The notes: a model not told the origin generated them from the letters alone. 64,000 nt of DNA from Octopus sinensis (GCF_006345805.1 NC_043008.1:10788001-10852000); one strand, 5' to 3'. Positions 12,848 through 27,310 are shown, counted from the stretch's first letter. Made by a program: numbers and translations.

Positions 12848-13267
12848 GATCTTTTCGGTTTGAACGGCAGTTTTTTCTAGCGGTGTCATATGAAATTGTC
12901 ACCCATAATTATGACCATAGTATTTCAATCTGTTTTATGACCCTAGCATTTCAATCTGTTTTAGGGTTAGGGTTAGGGGTGGGGGGAAGGGTATTTTTTC
13001 TCTTCACAAATGTAAATAAACCCAATCTGTTTCTTAAACGAGGGACATATTCATAGGGTACAGAATGTTTTCACCTCATTGATTGGCTGATATTGCAGAA
13101 ATTGAAGAAAAAACAACAGCAAATATCTTACAAACAATAGAATTTTCTCAATAAAGCCAAGAGAAAAAGATGTTTTATAAACACATTCTATCAGTATACG
13201 AAGTTTAAAAGTGTTTAGTTACGTGGAAAATATAAAAAAAAACTGCCGTTCTAACCGAAAAGATCCC
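12848..13267. mobile_element. TTAGGG-containing MITE (copy 2), possibly Merlin-type
   Basis: Same TIRs; flanks caatactc / caatggtc (6 of 8 match) suggest an aged 8-bp TSD. GG-starting TIR with 8-bp TSD fits Merlin; hAT is not excluded. Confidence 0.75.
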
Positions 13268-13479
13268 AATGGTCTAATAAAAGTCGAGTTGATTTTGACT
13301 GGAATGTTCTTAATACTAGATTTAATGGATCCTAGCTGAGCAACAACTACAGCAACAGCTAAACAACAACAACAACAACAATAACAAACATTGGAATATA
13401 GTAATCGAAACCAATGTAAACCGTACTGGAAATATATCGTGCTTTGTCATACCAGTGACAATGTAATATATCTTTAAAA

Positions 13480-14030
13480 ATCAAATAAACTATGGATTAT
13501 TGTAACAAATACAATGAGAAGAATAGCATTTAGAAAGGCTGCCATGATGGGACTACAAAAAATTATGAGATAAAAGAGTATTGGACAGGAGATATTGCTA
13601 CAATTAATGGTATATCCAGTCGTGGCATATGGATGCGGAAGACGCACAGTTAACAAACAAGATTGCTATCTATTGATGTATTCAAAATGTAGTGTTGGAG
13701 TAGATTATTGAGAATGTCACGGACGGAAAGAACAAACAGATCGATACTACAATAAGTGAAACGCGGCAGAACTTTGAGAAATATTGATCGTTAAACGAAG
13801 ATTACAATCCTTTCGTTGTTATGATGTTAAATGACATGGAAAGGAGCTTTGTGTTAGGGAAAAAACCCTACAGATTCAGGGAGAGAAAAAGCACGTATGA
13901 GACGGATTGGTTGAATGGGCCGAGTTAAATGACATTTCTAAACCAAGTTGCGCAGACGTGCAAGGAATAGGCAGAAGAAGAGACGGCATATCGATGAGAT
14001 CGTCAGAAGTCTGTCACGAATTTAAAGACA
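13480..14030 (+). mobile_element. Degenerate RTE/BovB-like LINE 3' end
   Basis: Translates to RRIAFRKAAMMGLQKIMR...LMVYPVVAYGCG...IDVFKM*CWSRLLRMSRTERTNRSIL, matching the BovB-type FPVVMYGCESW...WCWRRLLR pattern. Confidence 0.75.
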
Positions 14031-14280
14031 TATTGAAGAACAAACTTACTTTATTGTTTTATGAATTCTCTGGGACGAACAAAAACTTATATAAACCCTT
14101 TACCTCTCCTCTGTAACACATGCGATACACAGGACGTATTTCATTTGCTAGGGCGAATATTCGTTTCCTTCTGATATTCATTGTATTTCTAATACAGTAC
14201 GTCCATAACAGATTTTACCTCAGGACAAATACCACAGCAAGTTATCTATACACAACGTATATACATTAAGTATGATACAT

Positions 14281-14518
14281 GTGTGTGTGTGTGTGTGTGT
14301 GTGTATTTGTGCATCCTTGTCTGTCCCCCCATTATCGCTTGACAACCGATGTTGGTGTAGTTACGTCTCCGTAACTTAGCGGTTCGGCAAAAGAGACCGA
14401 TAGAATAAGTACTAGGCTTACAAAGAATAAGTCCCGGGGTCGATTTGCTCGCGTAAAGGCGTTGCTCCAACATGGCCGCAGTCAAATGACTGAAACAAGA
14501 TAAAGAATAAAAGAGTAT
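14281..14518 (+). mobile_element. SINE group A, 3' half
   Basis: Homologous to 3410-3625. Confidence 0.85.
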
Positions 14519-14567
14519 AGGAAAGATAACACTAGTCTTAATTTCAATTTTGAAGTCATCTGAGGTC

Positions 14568-14862
14568 ACAGTGATGTGATGTGATGTGATGTGTTGTGTT
14601 GTGTGTTGTTATGCGATGTGATGTGATGTGTTGTGTTGTGATGTGTTGTAATGTGATGTGTTGTGATTTGTTGTGATGTGATGTGATGTGATGTGTTGTG
14701 TTGTGATGTAATGTATTGTGATGTGTTGCGATGTGATGCGTTTTGATGTGATGTGTTTTGATGTGATGTGATGTTATGTGATGTGTTGTGATGTGATGTA
14801 ATGTGATGCGTTGTGATGTGTTGTGATGTAATGTCATGTGATGTGTTGTGATGTGACGTGAT
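14568..14862. repeat. Pentanucleotide satellite of GTGAT/GTGTT variant units
   Basis: About 60 units; source of the HHITSH ORFs. Confidence 0.95.
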
Positions 14863-16579
14863 ATGCACGCGCGCTCGTGTGTATCAGGGCAATCCGATAA
14901 TTTAGAAATTCAAAAGCCAATGTAACTAGTCTTGAAAAGTGCCATCATCTGAGTAAACAAATAACTCCACTGTACCGTATGCTAGTGTGTAGTATATCTT
15001 CAATTCTGATTCTCCAAGTTCTTAAACGGGCATCAATTAATACAAAACACACACACACACACACACACATCACATGACCACACACGCATTTATAAACATA
15101 CACTTACACTCACAAATATGTATGGATATGTACTTAATTCTCAAATATCTACAAGTACAAAATGACTAAATATCTTTGAAATGTCCTCCATTTATTCAGG
15201 AGATGTAAACGTAATGTTGTGTAGTATATTCCACTTATCGAAACAAAATAATATAATTATTTTTATTGATTTCTTTTCATTTGTACATTTCGGATTGTCT
15301 CTTTGCTGATTTGAAACTCAATCGATTGTTTTCTTGTGAATTAAATAACAAAATAACAGAACAAATATTAAAACGTATTTATATACAAAAAACCTCCCCA
15401 ATCAATTGAATAAATTATAAAATAAACTTCAGAATTTGAAAAATAAACGATAAAAAGAGAAATCTCTTAAGAATATATTAAAAGATATCTGAACGTAAAA
15501 ATATTGAATCTTGAAACTTAAGACAGAATTAACAATATATTTACTGCTCCTTGAAACTTTATCTTCGTGTATGAGTGTATATGTGTGTGTGAGTGCATGT
15601 GTGTGTGTATATATGTATGTGTGTGTGTGTGTGTGTATCTGTATTGATATGCATGTTTCGACGATTGTATGTATGTATGCTAAAATGCATGTGTATCAGT
15701 GTAAGTTCTTTTCTATCTCCCCGCTCTCTCTCTCTCTCGCTCTTTGAGTGTGTTTATATGAGTCAAAGCTTCTTCTAGTTTTCATATCTATCTTCTTGTC
15801 TTTGGTTCAGATGATTTTTGTCACTTTTTACTCCTGCAATTCCCTCCTTCTCTTTTCGTGCTCCCTCTCCTTCCTTTCTCATCTCCTACTTTTTTCCCTG
15901 TCTCTTGACACACACACACACACACACACACACGCGCGAATGTAATCTCCCGCTTTTCTCTATTTTAGAATAACGTCTTGGAAAATCTCATTACAAGAAT
16001 TATAATAAAGAAAAAAGGCTAAAGATAATTTTGAAACTGAACGAAAGGAAGAATGAAGAAAATGAGCTCAAAGTAAGCAAAATCTAAAAGAAGAAAAAAA
16101 AAAAAATTAATAAATCTAAGAAATTACCTTCCAACTATCAAATAATAACTTTTCACATCATTAGCGAATCGTTCAAAGTAATGCTTGATATTTCCACGTT
16201 GTTACTCTCGTTCCTTTTATTAATTTCTTGTCAGTCATTTCGACAACATATTTTCGGTCATCTCTTTTTTTCTGCTATCATATCTGCTACAGTTCTAACA
16301 CACTGACACACGCTCAAGCACACACACAGTTACACGTACACAGACACACATGCAGATAAATACTCGTTCATGCAATCTCTCTCTTCCTTTTACACTTCCC
16401 CACCTCTTCCCCCGACTCCCTATTTCTCATCCTGTTCAATATATTACGTATCTCGTATTCCTCATCCCCCTTTTCTCTCTCCCACTCCTTCTCATTCTAA
16501 CCTCTTTTCTAAATCATCTTTTCTTCATCGTTCTCTCTCATCATTGTTCAAGCTCATTATGGCTAGATAAGAATGGATG

Positions 16580-16584
16580 CATGC

Positions 16585-16653
<69 letters not shown>

Positions 16654-17100
16654 GTGTGTATGCATGTATGTGTGTGTATACATACACACATACGTATGTA
16701 TACACGTTTATATACATTTGTATGAATATATTTATATATACATTGATTGACGTTAATATTTATGTGTATTATATATGTATGTATATATATTATACAGATG
16801 CATATATGTGTATATATACACACATATATATTTATATATACATGTATATATCCCTCTCCCTCCCTCTGTCTCTATATATACATATATATGCAAATATATA
16901 TAAATAAATATATATACATTTATAGAACGGTGTGCATGTATTTATTTCTTCATGTTTAGTTTTCTCTTTATATGCATATTATACATATACATATATATTA
17001 TATACATAGACATATATATATACATACATACATATATACATACATACACACACATACACACACACACATATATATATATGCACTCACAACCATAAACACA
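16580..17100. repeat. (TA)n/(CA)n/(TATG)n microsatellite mosaic
   Basis: Direct reading. Confidence 0.9.
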
Positions 17101-17979
17101 TATATATCCTCGATCCAACTCTCTCTGTTTCTCTGTGACTGAAATTATCACACTGTCGTTCCCATCACCCTTCACCCCTTTCTTTCTTTCACTTACACCT
17201 TTCTTCCTTTCCTTCCTTCTCCCTTCGTTTTCTATGTGTATCATCAAATATCCCACCTACCACATCATCCACTGAAAGTAAATTACATCTCCCACCAATC
17301 CCATGTATATCGAACATCATCTATCAATAGAAACACTAACGAATCCTTCATCACTTTATCAGAAAATTAAGTGTGCGAGCGATGCTTTAAATGCACAGCA
17401 TCACCATTATCTTCACCGCCAATCAATTCGTCGTCGTCGTCCTCCTCTTCTTCATCATCATCATCACCACCACTGACAACGCCAACGACAAATGTATCCA
17501 TCACAATGACAACCAAAGCTACATCAGTGATAATGTGGAAAGATCACTATGACTAAAAGAAAACGGAAAGCTTAAGAGGAGGAAAAAACCCCAAAACAAA
17601 ACAAAACAAAACAGAAGAAATATAAAATAAAATATATAACAACAACGATGATAATTACAATGGATACGAAAGTAAACGTAACGCGAAACTTCGATCGAGA
17701 ATATTATTTATGAATAAATGCCTTTATGCTTATGATTCAATCAATCACTCAATCAATACCTGCAACAACGATCAGTAATATATTGGCTATTTGTGAAGAG
17801 TTATTAAATCTGTTATTGCTGTCTCTTCTGTTGAGTTGTAATAATCTTTTTCCCAAAGCTGACGAAAGCACCTACGTTTCACATCTCTCTCTCACACAGA
17901 CACACACACAAAATCAACAACAAAAAAATGTGCAAATAATATATATCTACACACACACACACACACAACATAAACAGGA

Positions 17980-18294
17980 GCACTCCATCGGTTGCGACGA
18001 CGAGGGTCCCAGCTGATACGATCAACGGAACAGCTTGCTCATGAAATTAACGTGCAAGTGGCTGAGCACTCCACAAACACGTGTACCCTTAACGTAGTTC
18101 TCGGGGAGATTCAGCGTGACATAGAGTGTGAGAAAGCTGGACCTTTGAAATACAGGTACAACTCATTTTTGCCAGCTGAGTGGACTGGAGCAACGTGAAA
18201 TAAAGTGTCTTGCGCAAGGACACAACGCGCCGCCAGGAATTGAACTCACGACCTTACAATCATGAGCCGAATGACCCTAACCACTAAGCCACAC
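17980..18294 (-). mobile_element. SINE group D (head 1 plus long tail)
   Basis: Head and middle shared with 7669-7914; tail shared with 36430-36806. Confidence 0.85.
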
Positions 18295-18307
18295 ATACAT
18301 ACATATA

Positions 18308-18660
18308 TATGGTAAATAAACTATCATCGAAATTACATCAAAAATGAAAGTAATACTAACATCTCATTTTAACAGATACATTTGCCAAAATTACATAAAA
18401 ATATCTTGAAGTACTAAAGAGTAAATATATTCAATAAAATCACAATTGGCTTCAACTACAGCCTCCAGACGACTTCGGAATCTCCTGCAACTCTTCTGAA
18501 CGGTCTCCTTGTTTAAGTTGGTGAATGCTACAATAATACTTGCCTTCAGTACATCTTCGGTGTTACAAGGTGTTTTGTTGGTCTCTTGCTAAACTGTGCC
18601 CCACACATAATAATCAAGGAATTTTCAGTCTATTACCAGATTATCGGATGTTGTCATACA
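18308..18660 (-). mobile_element. Tc1/mariner-superfamily transposase C-terminal remnant (maT/DD37D-like)
   Basis: Minus strand reads LDYYVWGTV*QETNKTPCNTEDVLKASIIVAFTNLNKETVQKSCRRFRSRLEAVVEANCDFIE, i.e. the region after the SPDLNPLDY motif. Confidence 0.8.
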
Positions 18661-20184
18661 TTACTGGTCACAATGCGCTTCGTATTGTTTTAGCCTTCGA
18701 CTGATATCACCACAAATATGCTGCCCTTTTTGTATCTATAATTACATCATTCAATGTACCCTTCCCTTTTGAGAATGTTAGATTGTGTTTTAAGCAGGAT
18801 TTGGTTATTATTTCTAGTAGGTTGAACCATTTTGTAAATCCCCTCTTCTTGGTTGGTTTTGGGCCCAAATAATGTCATGAACTATTGCACAGGCAATAGA
18901 AACCCACGCCAATTCATTTCAAAAGATGATCTTAAGTGGGACTCCTAAGACTGGTGAACTAAATGTTCATGTTCTACCTGACCAGTGTGAAGGAATAACT
19001 GAGTATAAAAGTCAGTGCAGGTGTTGAGAATAGAGACACAAAATGAATGCTGAGAGAAGTAGAACCAGGTGTGATGATTAGGCTTGAAAAGAAATGATGA
19101 GTAACTCGTCACCTTTGAGCAACTGCTAAGTAGGAAATCACTCCACGAAAAATCATTAAGCACAGTCGAAACAAATAATAGTAAATTCATTCCACATCGG
19201 TTCAAAGGATTCCATAGTGCTGGTTTAGCCTTCAGTTTAGTTATGAATAGTTAGTGTTTTCTAGAATAGGACATAATTTATCGTAGTTAGCTTTTTCTGT
19301 AATAAGGATTGAATCGAACCTTTCAAACCTACCAAATACAAATTAATTTCCATTTACTTCTGGCTGTTACTTGCGACTACAGAACTATGTTGTATGTTGT
19401 ATGAAATTACAGCTTAGTAATGGAATCTCAGTTGTTCTACTTGAAGAACCAGCAAAATTTTTCAAAACCATGCCATACTATCTTAGCAATTACAGTTGGT
19501 ATCTAAAGTTACATTAGGCCCCAATTCCTGAATAGCAGATGGGATGGTCATAGCTGGAGTACTTACGCACTTAGTTGACGTGGTTGACGTTGAATTCAAC
19601 AACAATTATGTAGACTGGGCCATTAAGAAATAGATTTCACGGTCTAAATAATACAATTATGATCACAGAGTAGGAATGAAAGATGCCTTGATCGAGAGAA
19701 TACTATACCTTCAGCTATTCAAACCTGGCCCAATGGCCATTATGAAGACTGGTTAAAGACAGAAAAAAAAACTGAAAAAGTAAACCAGCAATTGCAAGTA
19801 TATAAACATGTGAATTTACACACGTACAATTAAGTTAAACCCAACAAGCTTTTCTATCTCATACCGCCATCGATGTTTTATTTGTAATTCCACTCGTCTT
19901 GTTTTTTCAAAAGCAGTTTACTAAATAGAAATAAATGAATTCCAACTGACAGAAATCCGACATCAAAAGCAAGCATTATTGAAAGTAGTAATAGTTGGAA
20001 ACAAAACATCAACTACAAATAAATATTCTGATTAAATTAATAGTAAGACACTTAAAAAGTCAATAGAGAATAATACAAACAAAATGTTCTGAATAGAATT
20101 GTTGAATAACAACAGATATACGTGCACACACAGTGTGTGCACGCGTACATTACTACATATTTTAGACACACACAAGACCACATC

Positions 20185-20268
20185 ACAACATATATATGTA
20201 TATATATATATATAATATATATATATACACACATATATATGTATATATATATATATATATTATATATA

Positions 20269-20301
<33 letters not shown>

Positions 20302-20330
20302 CATACATATATATATATATATATATAATG
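20185..20330. repeat. (TA)n microsatellite
   Basis: Direct reading. Confidence 0.95.
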
Positions 20331-21515
20331 TACGTATGCATATAAATGTGTGTGTGTATGTACGTGTATGCGCCTGTGTGTGTTTTGTATGTGTTTTGTA
20401 TGTGTGAAAGCAAAAAAAGTTTTAAAATGTTTATTTTAAAAATCATTGGAATGAGAAAGAGATAAAAAGATAATCTAGCAAGAAGAAAAAAATAAATAAA
20501 AAACAAATAAGATATGTAAAATAGTAAAAAAATTACAATAATGAAAACAGACGCACATAAACAATGTTTTTGAAAGAAAAGTAATAATTAAATGAAGAAA
20601 AAAAAATCGAAAAAAATATGGCGGAAATAAGCGGAAGCGTGAAGTAGTTAAATTGAAGTCATATAAAAATACTGTGTACTCAAACATATATAGTAAAACG
20701 AAACAAACACAACGGAATAAGCAACTTATTAAAAAAACCCCCCAAAAAACAGAAAAGAAAGCGAAGTTGAACAGTGTAATAAATTTAGAGAAGAGAACAA
20801 AAAAAATCAGTCAAGAATTGTTTTGCATTTTTTAGAATTCTTTTCATTTTTCGGCTGGAAATCCGGCTGATCTTTCCGAATTTTTTTTTTTCCTTCATAT
20901 GTGAAAGTCGTTTATCATTATTAGTGTCACTAAAAGCGAATGGCACAGAGAAGAGGTAAGTGTGAGGTGTGTCTAGACTTCAAAATGCCTTCGAATCATA
21001 GTTGAAGTCGATTCTCTTCTCCACCGTCTTAGATGCCACAGGAAAAAAAAAAAAAATCCAAAAGAAAGACCCCCCCACCAAAGGACCCCACCAATGAATC
21101 CTCCAAAAAGGAGCAAGAAAAAAAAAAACAAAAAACGAAATAAAGAGATTACAAAAAATAATCTAGGTCAACTGTTCCCGGTCAGTCCGAAATAAGGGTA
21201 AACAAATTAGCTAAGTCAATTATGTTTGGGTTCTGTTTGGAAAGCTAACCCCACCCCAAAATAATAGCAATTTCTGTCAGGAAAACGTGATTTGGTATTG
21301 GCTATAGGTTATGTAACAGGATTCGAACGTATATGTTCTGCCACCAATAATGATCAGAATCAGCACGAAATTCACATGAACATAACAGTGAACGTTTCAT
21401 TGGAAATGAAACAAACAAAACGAAACGAAAAAAAGAAAACCAAAAAAGAACAAAACAAAAAAATCTGAGAATTTGATGTGCTGTAAAATTGCATTTTTTT
21501 TCGCTTTGTTTATAA

Positions 21516-21638
21516 TATATTTAATTCTCTGATAAAAAAATTTTTTTTATTTAGAATAGTATATTTAATTCTTTGATAAAAAAATATTTTTTATTTAGAA
21601 TAGTATATTTAATTCTTTGATAAAAAAAAATATTTTAT
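21516..21638. repeat. AT-rich minisatellite, unit about 44-46 bp, 2.7 copies
   Basis: atatttaattct(c/t)tgataaaaaaa...ttttatttagaatagt repeated. Confidence 0.85.
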
Positions 21639-23639
21639 CAAGTCACCAGATCTTCAAACTTAAATACTGATATATTAAGCTTTTTTCTAGAACCTATAAT
21701 CTCCTGAATATAAAACAAAATTATTAAAACATCTCTTTCGTCTTCAAAACTTGGTCAAACAACGCATGAAAATATTAATATTAAACATTAGAAAAAGGTT
21801 ACATAAGTTTAGTATTTCGACCCTGGTACATCTGCTATTTTATTTGATTGACTCTGAATGACGAAAAGATAAAGACTACCTTAGTATGAGTTGAACTCAG
21901 AACACGAAGGAGTATAAATACAGCGAAGCATTTTGTTCGACGCTCTAACAACTCAACTAATCAAAAGGGATGATTTCTGCTGGCTTACATTTATTTACAA
22001 AACTTATATTGCTCATTGGATGTAAAATTTACTGCATTTATTTTAACCAATCAAGTTATTTACAACAATTTACTGCATACATAACACTAGCATTTCAACA
22101 AACCGCAAATATTGCCCTAGCAACAGACTCATAAAACTTGAAATAAATGGCTGTGTAATCTTACTCATATCTACTTCTACTGCCTTATGTGTGCAAGTAT
22201 AAATAAATTTGATGATAAACAAATTTGGTCTTAGGTCGATTTGAACACTGAACATAAAGTACTTCTACTAAATTCTGCACTTCATTTTGTCCGCAGCTCC
22301 TCCAATTATGTCTCTTCCTGTATTAGCTTATAATAGGCTGAAGTAATATATTGGACTCACTTCGTTCAACTATTCCAGCTATTATTGTAACTAGATTTTT
22401 GCATATGAAAAAAGAAAAGGAAAAAACACTCGAATAGAAAACGATGAAAATATTTGAAAGGAAACAAGAAAGATTATTGAAAAAGCGACCTCTTCGGAAA
22501 CTTCGGCGCCAGTAACTTTATTGACGACAAACATTCCGAAAGTGGAATGGATTACAATGTTTTATATTAATTATTCAACATCCCGTTAAATAAATCACAT
22601 CAATTGATCAACTGTCGTTTAGATACAATGACTACAAGACTAGACAAACAAAACGGTTAGCTAATTTATATTAAACTATTATAAATAAACACATGATAAC
22701 AGTTTACAAATTATCTATTCATCAAATTGTTCATTATGTTTTTTTCCCTTATATTACACAAATCTATGACCCTTGTCAGATCAAAAGAAACACGACTTGT
22801 TCAATATTAATTTCGTCCTGAGTGCGGGTTGAAATAAATATTTGTTTTACGTTGATGAAATGGGAATATTTGTAGGTTTAATGAACTCATTCTCTCTTTG
22901 TAGATTATTAGTAAAGACCTATATGAAAATATGAAATAGCAGCCAAATCTCCACTAGTCGCGCGCTCCAACTTTTAATTAAGAAGGGATACACTGGATAA
23001 TATAGTCGTAGACATATTCAAGACATACCTCTAAAAGGATTGTCTTTAGCCATGTATATTTAAGCAAATAATAGCTGAGGCTAAACAAAGACAACAGCTA
23101 TGTTTGAGCATACCAGAAAGCGTAGACAAATATCTTTCAAATTCAGAGATAGAAAAGCAGCTTGGACATACTGGTTATAGATAAAATGAATCTGAAAAGC
23201 AAATGAATGGTTGAGTCTGGAATACATTCGATCATAGATCTATTGGAGTAGGTCTATCAATACTATCAGCAACTGGTAGATTTAACTAAAAAAATATCCA
23301 GAAATCAATATCTACTCTCACAGGATTTGAAATTGTAATTGAGAGACGATATAAAACACTTGTCTCCAATTTTTGTTCAAGACCAGCAAGTTTAAGCGAA
23401 GTGGTCAGTCGAATATATCGACTCTATTGTTTAGCTGGTACTTACATCATCGAGCTCGAAAGGATGAAGAGGAAGATCAACCTCGGCAGAATCTGAACTT
23501 AGAAAGCAAAATATCGAAAGCTCGATTCTACAGCTCGCCACTTTGGAGACAATATAAAATGATTATTTCTACTATTGATACGCGGCTTGAAAGTTTTGGG
23601 AAAAGGGTTCGTTGATTTCATCCCCCCACTGTGCTTTAC

Positions 23640-24192
23640 TGGTATTATCTCATCGACCCGAAAGACAAAATCGACTTCGGTGGGATTTGAACACAGAACG
23701 TAAAGGCAGACGAAATGCTGCTAAGCATTTCGTCCAGTGTGCTAACGTTTCTTATTTCTTTATTGCCCACAAGGGGCTAAAATTAGAGGGGACAAACAAG
23801 GACAGACAAAGGGAGTAAGTCGATTACAAAGGGATTAAGTAGATTACCAGTGCGTAACTGGTACTTTATTTATCGATCCCGAAAGGATGAAGGCAAAGTG
23901 GACCTCGGCGAAATTTGAACTCAGAACGTAACGGCAGACGAAATACTTATTTCTTTATTGCCCACAAGGGGCTAAAATTAGAGGGGACAAACAAGGACAG
24001 ACAAAGGGAGTAAGTCGATTACAAAGGGATTAAGTAGATTACCAGTGCGTAACTGGTACTTTATTTATCGACCCCGAAAGGATGAAAGGCAAAGTCGACC
24101 TCGGCGGAATTTGAACTCAGAGCGTAACGGCAGACGAAATACGGCTACGCATTTCGCCCGGCGTGCTAACGTTTCTGCCTGCTCGCCGCCTT
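23640..24192 (-). mobile_element. SINE group B triple nest (old copy plus two young monomers)
   Basis: Junctions at 23751/2 and 23946/7; full head ends gctcgccgcctt. Confidence 0.9.
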
Positions 24193-25674
24193 CCTCGCAT
24201 TTAAAATAATAGAATACAGTTCGTTTGGTGTTTAACTATATCGGTCGTCTTCATTAATACCTGTGGATGAAATGAAAAAAACTTGCTTGAATTGCGACAA
24301 AGGAAAGTCCGCAGCATGAATTCTGTAACGTGAAATGATAGTTGAACAATAAATAAAAATAAATGAGTCGGGATTTTAAGAGGAAAATTGGCGAAGAGAA
24401 TACGAAAAACGAAACATGAACGGAAATTACCACATCGCAACGAACTTGAATAATTAAATAAGAAGTTTTTAAGAAAGGTTGTCAAAAGTTGAAGTAACTT
24501 AACTTTTAAGAGTTTGTCACAATTTTAGCAGTTTTATATTCTCATATGACACCATGAAATAAATATTTAATGGCGGAAAAGTAAATCAAAAAAGGAAACA
24601 AACACTAAATGCAAAGAGAAATATAAGCTTTAGAAGACATAACAAACAAATAATTCTGAAATTGCGGTAAATGTTGCGGATGATGATGATGAGAGGTGAT
24701 ACTGCTACTAATACTACTAATATATATATTTGTGTGTGTGTATGCGTATGTGTCTGAGTATTAAAGTCAAAAAGTCAGTTGTAAACTATATATAACACAC
24801 ACACATGTATATACAGACGCATAATAGTATTTCAATAACTTGCAAATAAACACGTTGATGCACAAATATTCTTCAAGATCTTTTTTTAGTGAATGTTTGT
24901 TTGTATTATGTTTACACACAAAGATGAACGTACACACAGGTACATAAATGTGCACACACACACAGACACACACACAGACACGTAAGAGATTTTGCTTAAA
25001 AAAATAAAATACAAAAATTGAATTAATACATACACACATACGAAGCGTAAACAGCAAAAATTAAACAAACATTTAAACTCACAGACATATATAGAAGCAA
25101 ACACATATATATATATGTTTATTCTTTATTGTCTTATTCAATATTATGATAAATTCATTTTTAAAAATATCACCAGAGAATTGAAATGATAAACTGTCAG
25201 CTATGGAAACGAAATTCCAATTGAAAGACGTGACTTGAGAGCGAAATATTCTGCTAATGATAGAACCAGACGCGCACAGGTGATATTTCTTACCATCTAA
25301 ATATTTTTATTCCCAAGACCTTAAAAATAAATACTTAAGTAATGATAGCACTTTGGATAAATAATAAGGCAATGGCGTTAGTTAGTCATCATTTAGATAC
25401 TTGCTGATATAAATATATCTTATTCTGTCTCAATTTGGTGCCATCATGTATCTAAAAGAAGAAAGAAAAAATATAGACTTACACAACAGCTTGGGATAAA
25501 TTAAAACGATAAGATGAAATAAACGATCTTGAGTTGAGAGCGTATAATCAATATAATGATATATAGAGGTTCTTAAACTATTTGGAGACACAAAAATCGC
25601 AACCCAATTTAAATCTCAACTTTTAAAATTATTTTCTTTTGGTGTCATAATTCACATATTGCAATAATTTATAT

Positions 25675-25847
25675 AGGTGCAAGCGTGGCTGTTTGGTACG
25701 AAGTTTGCTTTCCAGCCACATGGTTCCAGATTCAGTCCCACTGCATGGCACCTTAGGCAGGTGTCTTTTGCCATTGCCTCGGACAGATAAAAGCCTTGTG
25801 AGTGGATTTGGTAGGCAGAAACTGAAAGAAGCCCTTCGTATACACAA

Positions 25848-25880
<33 letters not shown>
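25675..25880 (+). mobile_element. SINE group A, 5' half
   Basis: Homologous to 3215-3400. Confidence 0.85.
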
Positions 25881-25884
<4 letters not shown>

Positions 25885-25921
25885 TAGATATATGTCGTCC
25901 TTGGATCTTTCCCTTTTCTAT

Positions 25922-25956
25922 GTTTCTGACGAAGAGCTCCGCTCGAAACATTAAAT
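25922..25956 (+). ncRNA. Minimal hammerhead motif (family H2)
   Basis: GTTT CTGACGA A GAGC tcc GCTC GAAA CATT AAAT. Confidence 0.6.
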
Positions 25957-26043
25957 TCTCTTTCTTTCTTTCCTTTCCTGAGCGTCCAATAACACCATAC
26001 TTGTTCCATATCCACGCGTTGTTGTGTTTTCATGTTTGGAGAT

Positions 26044-26086
<43 letters not shown>

Positions 26087-26284
26087 GCTAGACTAATCGG
26101 GACCCGTTCGGTCACCAATAGTTTAAGGTACCCGAAAAAACTGCGTATCTCGGGAATCCGTGGCCCGATTTACGCAAAACTTCTGTTATTCAGTGTATAT
26201 TCACATTTCAACGGTACCTTACTTTCAAAGCATTTTCCCCATTATACGCCAGTTTGGCTATTTACGTTACTTTTGTTGAGCTTG

Positions 26285-26528
26285 GTACTTATTCTATCGG
26301 TCTTTTTTGCCGAACCACTCAGTTAATGGGATGTAAACACACCAATTCCAGTTGTCAAGCAATAGCGAAGGAAAACGCTGACACATGCACACACATACGT
26401 GCGCACATTTTTACGACGGGATACCAAATCCACTCACAAGGCTTTAGTAGAAGATACTTGCCCAAGGTACCTCACAGTGGGACTGAACATGTGGGTGGTT
26501 GGGACGGAAATTTCTTACTGCGCCCGCA
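26285..26528 (-). mobile_element. Degenerate SINE group A
   Basis: gtacttattctatcggtc...gccgaacc and ttgcccaaggt blocks. Confidence 0.75.
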
Positions 26529-27109
26529 CTTATAACATCTTTATAAATTTTTCGGAATGATAACCTCAGTTTCAAGATGAAGAAAATATTTCAAAAATCA
26601 TGTGCCCCAGCATGGCCACAGCCTTAGGGAAGAAACATATAAAAGAATAAAAGAATATCATTGGAACAGTTCATGTCTTAGAAGAAACAAGGTACCATCT
26701 TTCAACTTTATTTTCAATACCCTTACATGACAAGACCTTTTGTAAAGCGTACATATATCACGAAATCATACTTTTCATTTAGAAAAGATAGAACTTCTGT
26801 GTTTTGTCATAGAAGTAGCAAGAACGTTTATACTTTGGATTTGATCTAGTTTCGAGAGTAATTTAAAAAGAAACACCAACAATTTCTTCAACAGACACCA
26901 GTTAAATTCGTCAAGAATCACACTGGTTAACTTGCTGTGAAGTTGCAAAGATAGCAGCAATTTATGAATATGGTTAATGAAAACCTCTTTTATTTGATTT
27001 CAATAGAATATTGTCTCCTATTACATTTACGACAGCCATGTAGGCTGCAATAGTAATAAGTACAAATTGTGAGTGCACACACACACACACATGCTTAAAT
27101 ATATATATG

Positions 27110-27114
27110 ATTTC

Positions 27115-27171
<57 letters not shown>

Positions 27172-27252
27172 TATATATATATACACATGTATATAACTAT
27201 ATCTATCTGCATTTCATCTTTCTCTTTCTGTATCTCTCTGTATATCTTTCTC

Positions 27253-27305
<53 letters not shown>
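27110..27305. repeat. (TA)n and (CT)n microsatellites
   Basis: Direct reading. Confidence 0.9.

Positions 27306-27310
<5 letters not shown>

Noticed and set aside
18950-19150. Possible further RTE 3' remnant
   Set aside because: Similarity is too decayed to support by eye.
20940-20962. ATG GCA CAG AGA AGA G|gtaagt as a first coding exon
   Set aside because: The donor is good, but the nearest plausible acceptor (about 22296) gives only a 21-aa peptide; no other support.
23752-24192. CRISPR-like or satellite array from repeated SINE B units
   Set aside because: Eukaryotic SINE multimers with no unique spacers.
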